The notes below the pieces were generated by a model that saw only the letters and a program-made list of their open reading frames with translations, was not told where the DNA came from and did no database searches. The position numbers were made by a program, and so were the translations under genes. DNA of 63,797 nt, filler included, from Octopus bimaculoides (Eukaryota): assembly GCF_001194135.2 (NCBI RefSeq). It is 7 parts of 7 records of this genome, joined end to end, with 100 filler letters (N's around TTAATTAATTAA, not from the genome) between each part and the next. Parts side by side here need not be neighbours in the genome. Positions count along the whole stretch, not along the records: positions 16,503 to 29,228 come from NW_026438525.1; positions 29,329 to 49,054 come from NC_069003.1; 5 more parts are not named here. The stretch is one strand, 5' to 3'. Below are positions 24,520 through 37,100 of this stretch, piece by piece. Numbering within the stretch: the first letter of the stretch is position 1; every line of letters starts with the position of its first letter.

Positions 24520-24732
24520 TTACGAGCTGGCAGAAACGTTAGCACGCTGGGCGAAATGCTTAGCGAAATTTCGTCCGTCTTTACGTTCTAAGTTCAAATT
24601 CTACCAAGGTTGACTTTGCCTTTCATCCTTTCGAGGTCGATTAATTAAGTACCAGTTGCGTACTAGGGCCGATTTAATCGACTGGCCCCCTCCCATAGAA
24701 TTTCGGGCCTTCTGCCAAGAGTAGAAAAGAAT
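24520..24732 (+). mobile_element. SINE family B (tail type 2)
   Basis: GAGCTGGCAGAAACGTTAGCAC...GGCCCCCTCCC...GAGTAGAAAAG. Confidence 0.85.
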
Positions 24733-25152
24733 ATTAACGAATAGTAAAGAACAGCGAAGAACTGTAACAAACCAAATATGGAACTTCTATATGTTAGCTT
24801 GACTTACTACAGCAGAAACGTTTATTTCGTGTCATACTCAATTCTCCTCATAAATGAAGGTCATATTTATAAGAGATACGCTGGTGGAGGCAGCAATATC
24901 ATTTGAACAACGGATTGTTTTTATTGTGATTACTTCATGCATAGTTTCAATACTTGAGTACAACATAATTTGTTACTGTACTCAAATAATAATAATATGA
25001 CCTAAAAATTAATTGGACAGAATTGATATCAATAATCAGACGAAGAAAACTTTTGACAGAGCCTTTAGTTAGTTGCTCGAATACAAAGAAATATAACTAA
25101 ATGGTTTAAATTAAATAGGTGTATTATTTTAACGCTCGAGGAGGTGAGTAAG

Positions 25153-25190
25153 TCTTTTACGTTTCGAGCCTACGCTCTTCAACAGAAAGA
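25153..25190 (-). ncRNA. minimal type-I hammerhead-ribozyme-like motif (Penelope-type), variant core
   Basis: TCTTT CTGTTGA A GAGC(GTAG)GCTC GAAAC GTA AAAGA: 5-bp stem I, 4-bp stem II, palindromic ACGT stem III. Confidence 0.55.
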
Positions 25191-25899
25191 AACACGAAGA
25201 AATATACAGAGAGGGAATAAAAAGAAAGAGAATAAAAAAAGCTTTAGGGGCTTGTGGGTCAATCATATATGTGTGAGTATGTGTGTGTGTGTGCGTCCTT
25301 GTGTCTGTTTGTTCCCATTCTCGCCACTGCTTGACAACCGGTGCCAGTATATTTACGTCCCCGTAACCTAGCAGTTCCGCAAAAGGGTCCGATAGAATAC
25401 GTACAGGATTAAAAAATGGAAAAAAATTAAAATTAAAAAAGTATTGTGGTCGATACTTCCGACACAAATTTCTTTCAGGCGGTGCTACCGCATGGCCGCA
25501 ATCCAATGAACGAAACAAGTAAAAGCTAAAAGATAAAGAGCAAGAAAAAGAATTACGTAGTACGGTTTCACATTGAANNNNNNNNNNNNNNNNNNNNNNN
25601 NNNNNNNNNNNNNNNNNNNNNNNNNNNNNNNNNNNNNNNNNNNNNNNNNNNNNNNNNNNNNNNNNNNNNNNNNNNNNNNNNNNNNNNNNNNNNNNNNNNN
25701 NNNNNNNNNNNNNNNNNNNNNNNNNNNNNNNNNNNNNNNNNNNNNNNNNNNNNNNNNNNNNNNNNNNNNNNNNNNNNNNNNNNNNNNNNNNNNNNNNNNN
25801 NNNNNNNNNNNNNNNNNNNNNNNNNNNNNNNNNNNNNNNNNNNNNNNNNNNNNNNNNNNNNNNNNNNNNNNNNNNNNNNNNNNNNNNNNNNNNNNNNNN

Positions 25900-25948
<49 letters not shown>

Positions 25949-26070
25949 TATATGTTTATATATATAAATATACGTATATATATACATATATAGATATACA
26001 TATGTATATGTCTATATATATAAATATACGTATATATATATACATATATAGATATACATATGTATATGTC

Positions 26071-26121
<51 letters not shown>

Positions 26122-26132
26122 ATAAATATACG

Positions 26133-26163
<31 letters not shown>

Positions 26164-26340
26164 GGATATAAATATATTCACACACACACACACACACATA
26201 TATGTATATATGTATATTATATTCGAATGCATATATGCTTATATGTATACATACATCTGCATCTAAGTGTATAAGTGTGTGTTTATGTCTGCGTATGTGT
26301 GCGTGTGTGTGTGTGTGTGTGTTGTATTAGTATATTTCAG

Positions 26341-26456
26341 TAGACGTTCGGCGTATATTTTTGCGAGAATACAACCGAACAGAAGAGATAACAACAGCAA
26401 AACCGAAAAGACAACAAACCTACTACCACTGGAAAAAGATAACATTTACTGTTTAG
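26341..26456 (+). CDS. candidate terminal exon DVRRIFLREYNRTEEITTAKPKRQQTYYHWKKITFTV*
   Basis: TATTTCAG acceptor ending at 26340, phase 1, open to TAG 26454-26456; non-repetitive island between microsatellites. Confidence 0.25.
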
Positions 26457-26635
26457 CTATACAAGCATAACTATGTACAATGATAAGAAGTGTTCATTCT
26501 TACGACAGAGGTTTTACGCCATAGGCGAGAAGGATAAAGACACACATATTACATTGCAGGCTAGTTGTTCTAGATTAGACACCATTGAAATAGTGTTCCT
26601 TCCTGCATTTTATCACGTATATTTATGTGTGTATG

Positions 26636-26671
<36 letters not shown>

Positions 26672-27586
26672 TATATTATATTTAATTTCATATCCATTAT
26701 TATTGCTAATTCTTACCTTACGGCTGTTTTGCTGCGTTTGCTATTATTTCCGTTTGATTACGGTTATTTATTTGTTTATTATTATTATTATTTTTTTTTT
26801 CTACGACTGAAAACATTAACACAAGCAATAACAATTACAGATATTATGAAAAGGAGAGTTTTGCAAACTATCTTATATAATGAAAGACATTTTTTTCTTT
26901 CTTTTTTGGGATATTTAGTGAATTTCAGAGGTTTCTCTATCGTTTTATAATATTTCCTTCTATTTATGCATCTATATGCAATGACCAAAGTCTCATCCTT
27001 TATGGCATTGAAACCCACGTAATCTTCAAATGTACAGTTAAACCTACATCATCATTAACATCAACACTCATCACCGTCGTCATCATTCTTCTTCTTCATT
27101 ATCTTCTTCTTCATTATCTTCTACTTCTTCTTATTATTATTATTTATCATTATTATTATCAATATTATTATTATTTCTTGTTGCTGTTACTGAATTTATT
27201 ATAACTACTAATAATAATGATGATGAAGATGATGATGATAATAATAATAATAATAATGATAATAATAATACTGCTGCTATAACTACTACTACTACTACTG
27301 CTGCTGTTATTAGTGTTGTTGTTAACATTGTTGTATAGCTCTCAATATATTTTCAGAATAATTTTTTTCTACCAACCTACTTATCGAAGCTCAATATATA
27401 ATGTCATTGTAAAGAATATAAAGGTATTAAACAGTCGTTATCCTAATAAAAATCATTGTGTTCCATTTGGAGAATCGCTGTATACCGATAAACATGGACA
27501 TGTACACATACGCGCGCGCATATATGTATAAGACGACATATATATTACACCTACATATCTATCTATCTATCTATATATATATATAT

Positions 27587-27925
27587 ACTAGCAACTAAGC
27601 CCAGTTTCACCCGGTCTGTTTGGATGATGTGGCTGTGATCGTTTTTGGTTAGGCATAATCTATAACAGCGTTTCTCAACCTTATCATTTCGGGTTCCNNN
27701 NNNNNNNCAGCGTTTCTCAACCTTATCATTTCGGGTTCCCTGCTTCGATTGGAACCTCCAGCTGTATGAAAATTTTCCGACTCCCTCCCCCTTGTCAGAA
27801 TACAGTTTCAGGAGTTGTGAAGAACGAATTTGTACGCAGTCTGTTTCTGAGAGCTATTCTATTGGACCTGTGTCTAATCGTAGATAGACAGATAGACAGA
27901 CAAAGAAATTATGCATTAATCTCTA
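27587..27925 (+). mobile_element. probable non-autonomous Helitron/Helentron-associated element (DINE-1/HINE-like layout)
   Basis: Begins ACTAGC...AAGCCCAGTTTCACCCGG inside (AT)n; (AGAC)n microsatellite near the 3' end. Confidence 0.4.
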
Positions 27926-28748
27926 TTTTTGTAACTCTTAGCTCCAAACTCAGCACCCACTAGAGGAATTTAATATCCCGTTAGTAACCAAACAAAATCA
28001 ACACCAACGAAACGGAGTAACACATCTGCTGATTATTATATTCCTTCTACTTATGGACATTATCAACCGCTTGACCTAAGGCTGTCACACATAAATAGAC
28101 ATGCTTCATTATAAAGTACAACAAAGAGGAAAGGTTTTGAATACAAATTTTCTACATCTCGCAATCACCAAATTCCTTCGAACTTTGTAGTCTTTCAATA
28201 GAGTTCTACTTATTCTCGAAACGTCTAGCTTCACAGAGATTATATAAAGAAAACATGAAATCAATCGTACCACAACACGATGATGGCTTGGCTGTTCGAA
28301 ACTTTGAAGTCAACATTAATAATATTCTTGTTTAATATTAGTAAATTTGTACTCCACTAAATGTAGAGTATCATGCACGATTGTTTCTTTTATAACATAC
28401 AAACAAACATCAACTTAGGTGTTGTTTTATTCACGTCCTCGTAAATGTGATAAAATAAGTACCGGGCTTAGAAAAAAAATACTGTTACCACTTTACTCGA
28501 ATAACGATTTAAAACTCTCCTCCAGCATTTCCACAGTCCAATGACTGACATAAGTGTGTTAAGTGTGTGTATGTGTGTGTTTATGTCTGTGTTTGTTTGT
28601 GCGTGTGTAAAGCAAGCAAACACAGACATACATAGACATATTCACACATCATACATATATTCATATCTAACAATCTATTTGCCTGTCTCTCCCTTCTTTC
28701 TTCCCCTTCTCTCTATCTGTTTGCCTGTCTGTGTGTGTGTTTCTCTTG

Positions 28749-28789
<41 letters not shown>

Positions 28790-29228
28790 CATGTGCATAT
28801 ATGCCTATATAATCTATATCTCTGTTAACATTTTTCCAGGGGAAGGAGTGCATTGTAACACATGCGTACCGTGAATGCCTGCAGTATTGTGTTAAGTACT
28901 GCAGTGTAAGTGAAGAGCTAAAAGAATATACTTGATTGATTGTAGACTTTAATTGCCGATTTGTTAAAGAAAAGAATTAGAAAGAGCGGTGTTAATTATT
29001 GGTAAAACTTACAAACTGTTCACAATACGATTAAGCTAATTTCCGCTCACGCAACCGTATTGAGTACTTGCTAGCGGCTGCTGAATCGTCAAAAATAGAG
29101 AAATAAATAGATTGGTAGATAGATAGGTATACAGATACGTGCATAGTTAGTTAGTTACATAGGTAGATAGATAGATTGATAGATAGACAGATAGATAAAT
29201 AGAGAGGTAGGTAGATAGATAGGCAGAT

Positions 29229-29328
29229 NNNNNNNNNNNNNNNNNNNNNNNNNNNNNNNNNNNNNNNNNNNNTTAATTAATTAANNNNNNNNNNNNNNNN
29301 NNNNNNNNNNNNNNNNNNNNNNNNNNNN
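29229..29328. other. artificial scaffold-joining spacer
   Basis: 44 N + TTAATTAATTAA + 44 N. Confidence 0.95.
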
Positions 29329-29759
29329 TATATGTATGTATGTATGTATGTACGATTTGTTATATACAGTCATATGTTTCTCTCTACGTGAACTTTTCAA
29401 ACAGATAAATTATTGATTCAATTAAAAGGGATTACAACAAAGAATGGCTCAAGTATTTGAACAGATCGATGATCTAAAGAAAGGTTCAAAAGATCAAGTG
29501 ATTTTATTTTAAATTGTGATAAATAACTGAGGAATTTGTGGAACGAAAATGTATTGTTATGTACAGAAGGAAAGTAAGAGAGAATGAAAACAAAAAGAAA
29601 AATTTTTTTCTTTTAATTAATTACTGAGAAATTATGGCTGTTATGTTCCTATAAGTGGTAAAAGTAGCTTGGAGTTAAAGATAGCAGGGAGGAAGAGTTC
29701 ATTTTAGAAAAGAGTGTGAAATGTCACAAAAAATAGTTTTAGTAATAAAAAAAATAAAG

Positions 29760-30170
29760 GAGGCATTTAAATAACAGCAGGAAGATACACTGGGGTCACT
29801 ATTTCCGTGGATCCGCCTCCCTTATTTGACAGAAGTTCTTCCTCTGAAGATTTCTCCACCTTGTTCCCTTTCCAAGCAGCGAGTTTCTGCTCTCTTGGGG
29901 CCCAGCTTTCTTTTCTATAAGCATTTCTTTAGTCATTCCCCTAATCAACCTTCTCGTCAAAACCTTGAAACGTGTCACCTGCTTCCGTTCTCAGACACAT
30001 CGTTTTTTTCTGTTCAGCTTCCTGTTAGTCATAAATCCCTTTATTCTGATAACTTCCTCCTTCGAACTGTTCCTCTCTGGACCTCGTCACCGTCGTCTTC
30101 TTTTCATCTGGTCTTCGCTATATAGTTTTTTAAACTTTTTATCAATCGACATCTTTTGAATTAGTAGACC
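29760..30170 (+). pseudogene. CR1/L2-group LINE C-terminal relic
   Basis: GHYFRGSAS, LFYKHFF and NFLLRTVPLWTSSPSSSF resemble HIWGGS, LFYRYF and SFFPRTxxLWNSLP. Confidence 0.65.
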
Positions 30171-31207
30171 CCCTTTTTCCCTTCTTTGTAGTTCTTTACG
30201 CGCCATAGTGACTCCAAGCCTTATTTGGGACTAAATCGTATAAAATAAACAACAACCTAATCTCTCTTCTTTGTGACAGGGTTGATTCTATGCAGAACAG
30301 AATTGAAGACTAGTTAGCGATTACTTTCACTGGTACGGACCGTACCAGTACATCCTTAGTATTTAATTTATTTAAACGAGGGAGAGAAATAAAGACCGAA
30401 AGAGACAACGCATAACAAACATCTGCTGTATCAGCGCAATATGAACATTCGTTACTGTTTTTGCATATTTGTGAATCAATACTCTCGTTGTAGCTAGGGA
30501 TTAATTGACTAAAGTAGCGAGACAACTTGTTTGTACATCAGTTTATAAACAATTTTCTATGAGTACGTTTAATAAACTTACATGTAATTTAGTTGTACAA
30601 ATTGACTTGTACAATTTGTCTTTTAACCATAACCAGCTCTCTGTGGAAATCAGTGTGGCAAAAAAAGCTTCACAAGTTTTCTAATCGTCATCAGTTCATC
30701 AAATTTTCGACTGACGCAATGTCGGTTGCTCGTTGTAACTTATAGAAGCAATTCCAAATGATTGCTACTCTCGCTCATTTCCTCTTTTTCACCCATGCAT
30801 ATAATTTCTCTTTCTCTTTCTCTCTCTCTCTGTCTCTGTGTCCTTTCTCTCTCTCTGTCTCTGTGTCCTTTCTCTCTCTCTCTCTCCGTGTCCTCCCTCT
30901 CTTCCTCCCTCCGTCTCTTTCTCTCCGTATCTCCCCTCTCTCTCTTTCTGTTTTAATTAGACTAAACCTGCTACATCCCCTGACCGTGAGGCTTGGCTTC
31001 ATACCGTACACCAATCTCTTTTCCCCTTCGAGAACAAAGCTAACATTCAGGACAAAATCGATTGCTAAGTATGATGACAGAACAACACTGAAATCATAAA
31101 AGTATTACATCGACCAGTTGCGTACTGGTACGCAACTGGTACTTAATTTATCGACCCTGAAAGGATGAAAGGCAAAGTCGACCTCGGCGGAATTTGAACT
31201 CAGAAAG

Positions 31208-31410
31208 TTTCGGCTGATATACTCTCCAGCCTTCATCACGTGTTTGGGGAAAATTTCGAACCTGGGTTCTCATGCCCAGGTTCGAAATTTCCCCCAAGAC
31301 ACCTGATGAAGGCTGAAAGGTATATCAGCCGAAATATTGCGTTAACAACAAACAAGATGAGGACAAATATCCATCAATTGTAAATAATGTAAATAATGTA
31401 CAGAATTCCT
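31208..31410 (+). mobile_element. Penelope-like terminal sequence with an inverted partial duplication (about 127-bp hairpin)
   Basis: 31208-31266 is the near reverse complement of 31275-31334; contains CTGATGA..GAAA. Confidence 0.6.
31298..31343 (+). ncRNA. degenerate minimal hammerhead-like motif
   Basis: GACAC CTGATGA A GGCTG(10 nt)CAGCC GAAA TATT GCGTT. Confidence 0.5.
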
Positions 31411-32209
31411 CATCTCTTAAATATAGAACTGAACAACAAAAGAACTATGAAAGACACATTGGATAATGTGACCCAAGATAACTGTAAAAAGATAGTAACA
31501 TCATCACTGGAACTTCTTTGATTACCGATCTATTTGGTTTAGTTGACCCGGGGGCTAAATATCGACTTGGGAAGTCACATTGGATAATACATAGATAGGT
31601 CCACGATAGGAATGTGTTTCTTTACAGAAGTTCCAAATCAAGAAAGGTGAAGAAAAAATAGCAGCAATGAGAAAGGACACCGTGGATAATGTAATAAAAG
31701 ATTGTTATGAATGGTGGGATCGTCATGGCTAGAACGCCATTTATTACAGATTTGAATTACAACGTTTGACCTGGGGCCAAACGACATAAGAAAACAGCAA
31801 CACAAACAACAACAACAACAGCATCAGTCTTATATTTGTGGCAGTTTCTTTTCTCGAACGTTACACCTCGACCTTAATATAATCGTCATAATTGCTTTTT
31901 ACTATAAAAGCTGTGAATTAAACCGGTTAATTAGTTAATCAATTAATTAAAAATAAACTAAGTGGATATAACTGTTGAAAATGAATACCTTTCAGTTCTC
32001 ATGTATTTAGATGTTTCTCTCCGGGGTTATTGCACTTTTATGGTTTGAAGAGTTGCATTTAGAATAAGTCCAAAATCCATATCTCCAACAAAAAATATTC
32101 AAATTCCTGGTCAGTTTTATTCTAATACGCCATTATTCCTAACAGTGTCCGAAATAACTCCGGTTATTTGTTGAAGACCAATACTCTTAGAAGTAGCATA
32201 CGACATTCG

Positions 32210-32545
32210 AATTTTATCCAGCTCTGTAGCATTAACAGCACTGTAAAATTAATATCACAAAGGTATGATCTTCAGATTGCCTGCAACGACTTCTCAATGT
32301 CTAGAATTCAGCTCAACTGGACATCGTGACCGAAATATTTCCAGCTACTTGCTTGAGTCCAACATTCTTACAACCAACATCCGGCATCCAAATTTCTCCA
32401 GCTACTTAGGAGTACCAGTAATCTAAAATTCACACCACAAAAAGCACGATCTCTGAATTGTCTGCAAAGATTTACCAAAGTCCAGAATTTATCTCAGCTG
32501 CATATCACGTCCGAAGCGCCTCAAGCTCTTTACCAATCGCTTGTA
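32210..32545. repeat. diverged 180-bp tandem duplication
   Basis: Anchors TCCAGCT 32217/32397, TAAAATT 32244/32424, CTGCAA 32281/32462, AGAATT 32303/32484. Confidence 0.75.
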
Positions 32546-33430
32546 GTAGAGTAAATCTGAATTTTCTCTGGTTATTTGTGAAGTTCCGAAATTCATACCA
32601 GCTTTATTCTGCAGCAAATTTCGGTCAAGCTGTTTATTATTGCACAACATTCATACAAACTTCAGTCTCAATCCCAATTTCTCTCCAATTTCTTTAGCCA
32701 TTGTTTAAAATCATGACTCCGTTCGCTCACCAAAGTTTCTGCCAGTTTATTTTCTCTTTTTTTTTTCTTCTTTTCGACGCAAAACTAATTCAAGACTCAA
32801 TACAATATCCAGCTACATGTTATTTTTTTTAATCATTATTTTTTTTTCGCCATTTTATCATGAAACCATTTCCTAAATGAGAGTTATATATGATAGACAG
32901 TTCGACATCTCTCTAATGAAGTTTCACTAATTATTCAGAGCAGTGATCGATAACGAGTTGTGACAACATATCGCTGTATATATGAATGTGGGGCATATAC
33001 GCTGGTTGGTGGCTGGTTCTCTCTAAAATGTGCCAGTCGTTTGTGAAAAGGAGAACGTTTTGTTAATGCGATTGTGCTTACTGCTACGTATGCTTGTGTA
33101 TGTGTGTGTGTATGTGTGTGTATGCGTGTGCGTATGTGTGTGTGTGTATGTATGTGCGTGTGTGTGTGTGTAATGAATGTATTGGATACTGAAAGATTTT
33201 TTGATAATTCAATAAAAACTAGTTAAATATTAGGCAATGTGTTTCATTTAATTATTCATGGAACATATGTGGACACTCGTACGCATACGATTATACGCAG
33301 TCACATACACACACACGCACATAACCACATGTATATAAATATGATTATATATGTATGTATATTTACACACAGATATACGTAAATGTATACACACACACAC
33401 ACAGAGTTCTGCAGATAGATAGATAGATAT

Positions 33431-33504
<74 letters not shown>

Positions 33505-33513
33505 GGATAGATG

Positions 33514-33548
<35 letters not shown>

Positions 33549-33672
33549 GGATAGATAGATAGATAGACAGCAGTTTTTTTTCTTTTCTTTTTTGATTTTG
33601 CAGCTTTAGAAAAAAGAATAAATATATATATGTGCGTGCGTGTGTGTGTGTGTGCGTGTGTGTGTATACAAG

Positions 33673-33704
<32 letters not shown>

Positions 33705-33959
33705 TACATATACATATATATAGACAAATACACACACACACACACACACCCTACACACACACAATGAAATGAAAATTCAAGGAGCCTGGTGTTGCTCCTC
33801 ATGGGTAAAATTGTTTTATTTAGTATCATTGACAACAATATTTCCGTGTGACGGTATGTTTATACATATTTAAGTACATAGAACCATACACACTGGTGGT
33901 GCCCCAGCATGGCCACAGCCTCAGGACTAAAACTTATAAAACGATAAAAGAATATATAT

Positions 33960-34620
33960 ATATTGGGTCATCTCTACAAGCAGGTAATAATTTTACCTTG
34001 TGCTTATTCTTAGTGCAAGTTTTGAAGAGTGCAGTTCGATTTTAACAAAACTATAATGGAATTAACAAAGGAATATATTCGGCATATTTTGCTTTATGAG
34101 TTCAATAAAGGCAACAATGCAGCGGAAAGTGTTTGGGGATCGGAATCTAAGCGTAAGCCAGTGTCAACGGTGGTTCCAGAAATTCCAAGCCGAAACGATC
34201 CGGGAGGATCTGTAGGTCTCGACGAGGACATCCTGCAAATCCTGGTGGAACAAAATCTCATCGTAACTGTTGAGGAGCTAGCAGAGAAGCTTCGATTTAG
34301 TCATTCAACCATTCACCGACATTTGCGTGCCATCGGAAAAGTCAGCAAATTGAGTCAATGGGTTCCTCAAACTTTACGAGTCTAATCACATGCAGAGAGT
34401 GAATGTGTGCTCTTCTTTGCTGTCGCGGCTCACGAATGAACCCTTTTTGGACCGAATAGTGACCGGAGACGAGAAATTGGTTCTCTATAAAAATGTCAGA
34501 ACCCCGAAGACAGTGGGTAGGGAAAAGAGAAACACTGGCACCCCAGGCTAAAGAAAGTTTTTACCCACATTAAGTTGTTGTTAAGGGATATGAAAGGTTT
34601 AGTCCACTCTGAACTTTTAA
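33960..34620 (+). mobile_element. mariner transposon 5' half, truncated
   Basis: MELTKEYIRHILLYEFNKG, TVEELAEKL...STIHRHL, WVPQTL (WVPHEL motif), RIVTGDEK (first catalytic Asp). Confidence 0.9.
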
Positions 34621-34622
34621 AC

Positions 34623-34656
<34 letters not shown>

Positions 34657-36094
34657 AGACATTGGTCTAGCCAGGCAATATTAGAAGACACTGGCTCAAA
34701 CAAGATGCTGCACAGTGGGACTGAACTGGAAACTTCATAGCTGCAAACACCGAAGACATGATCTCAGTATAAACAGCTGTCCGAAAATGTCACTGCGACA
34801 CAATGAAACTAAATGTATGGTATCATATCTAAATCACCATAAAATGCAATCCGTAGAATTAAAAATGAAGAGATTAGCAGAGTGCAACTGTATACAGGGT
34901 ATCAATAGGAATAAGCTATTAATCTAGCGTCAAGATTAACGTGGATATATTCTCACTGACGACGCTTTCGTAAGACTAGAAACCAATCCGTTAAGTACAC
35001 CAGTTTCTGTCCACAGAGTTATAAAGCCAGGGGTGAAACCATTTTATTTACTATTCATTTTGAAGTTGAAGCTCTATGTTTATTCAAAAGCATACTTTAA
35101 ATTAGAAATTATTCAAACACACGGTGTGTGCTGTGCTATGAACGAATAAATAAATCGATGCTGCCAACATATACAATGTTATGCAAATGAGACTAATCGA
35201 TTTGGTTGACTCATAGTTTGAACATAAGGGGAATAGCTATAAGCTAATATACTCTTAGTGTGCAACTGATAGCTGTGAATTCAACAATACAGGTATAGAT
35301 AGGAACTGCATCTGTCAAGGTTGGTCTTGTCTCAGTACGTGTGTCCGCAGACCTGGGTTGATTATTGTAGTAGGCTGGCTGTTATTTACACATAAAAGTA
35401 TTACTCCTACTCACTGTTGATGTTTATCCAATAAAATTGTCAAAGAGTTGAACCGATGGAACTCCGCATCAGCGATGCTGGAAATGTTTGTCTGGTGGCA
35501 AATTGACGGAACAAACTCAGTATTGAATCTTGCAGAAACTTCTCACACTGTTCCGCCAATCCAGTGACTTGGACTTTGTATTTATTTTATCCCCCCCACC
35601 NNNNNNNNNNNNNNNNNNNNNNNNNNNNNNNNNNNNNNNNNNNNNNNNNNNNNNNNNNNNNNNNNNNNNNNNNNNCCACGGAAGTCAATGCAAAGTTGAA
35701 CTCAAAGGGATTTAGACTCAGAATGTTGGGAATTGTGATATATAGCGCTAGGTGTATCTAATAAATCTGCTGATATGTAACACTGGGGCAGACAGGAGAA
35801 TAAGGAGCCAGCTTGCAAAAAAGATAAGAATGTAGCTGAGGGTGAGGCAACGGGTGGATATTTGAACGCTTACAGTGAGGTGGAATTATGGGCATGTAGA
35901 TTTTATCCAGTTGATAGTTTGGAGAATTGTAGAAGGATATTCTTTGATGAGGACATGAAGAAATCAAATCCGATTTGTAATTTAATAGTCTGTGACGTTG
36001 AGTAAAGGTGTTACATTTCTGTGTTACGCACAGGTGACATTTGCAACCGTTAATGTGAACGAAAGCAGATTCTGTAACAGACCATTGGGAGTTG

Positions 36095-36320
36095 TAGTTG
36101 ATTTTGAAACCCCAAATGTATTTTGAAAATGTTGGTCCTCAAGCAACAATTGGTTATTTCTAAAGCGTAAAAACCACTCGTAGACTTGTGTTTTTGCACA
36201 TGGCAGCGTCCTTGTAGTCTGTTTGAAGCATGACAACTGTTTCGGCTACCTGTTACCCCAGCGGAAAATAGAATTTCATTGAAGCAAGCTGTCCCTTCAT
36301 TTCATCTATCGCAAAAGTCG
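36095..36320 (-). pseudogene. mariner transposase N-terminal fragment
   Basis: AETVVMLQTDYKDAAM and KTQVYEWFLRFRNNQLLLEDQ (HTH region), frameshifted. Confidence 0.7.
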
Positions 36321-36804
36321 TCGAGGAGGGGAGAAGCACTGCAAATCAAAGACGCACGACGTGGCAGTAGGACTCTGGCCGACGACGCCGGTCGCCAGAC
36401 TGATGCCTGACGGTCGCATCAAGTGGATTCTAGTGGCAGTAGCCCGAACTACAATAGAGAACGTTTCCAGTTACTTTTTGGTAACCCCCACCCCCACCCG
36501 TGTGTGTGTGGTCTCTTTAAAGTGACATAGGAATGAGTGCATAAATGATATTAAAATATGCAAATACATGCAGAATATATTGATTAAACATCTATCGAAT
36601 GTTTGTGTTGTGTATCGAGAATGAAATTAGCATACATCAAAAAAAAAAAAAAACACATATACTCACTCATACACACATCCACACGCGCTCACACACACTC
36701 ACACACAGTCAAAGATGCACATACACACAATTAAGCATCCATACACACATACAGTTTCATACACGAACACGCGAACTCTCACATGCATATATGTATGTCT
36801 GTGT

Positions 36805-36841
<37 letters not shown>

Positions 36842-36871
36842 TGTGTGCATGTAGATATATATATAAATCTT

Positions 36872-37052
36872 TTACTCTTTTACTTGTTTCAGTCATTTGA
36901 CTGCGGCCATGCTGGAGCACCGCCTTTTAGTCGAGCATATCGACCCCTAGTACTTATTCTATCGGTCCCTTTTGCCGAACCGCTAGGTGACGGAGACATA
37001 AACACACCAGCATCGGTTGTCAGGTAATGCTAGTGGGACAAACACAGACAGA

Positions 37053-37100
<48 letters not shown>

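Noticed and set aside
30310-30525. Cys-containing minus ORF and 9-bp hairpin at 30329-30349
   Set aside because: Short, with no signal peptide, splice support or recognisable Cys spacing; a hairpin of that size is expected by chance.
34956-35010. CTGACGA...GAAAC...GTT hammerhead candidate
   Set aside because: Neither stem II nor stem I pairs.
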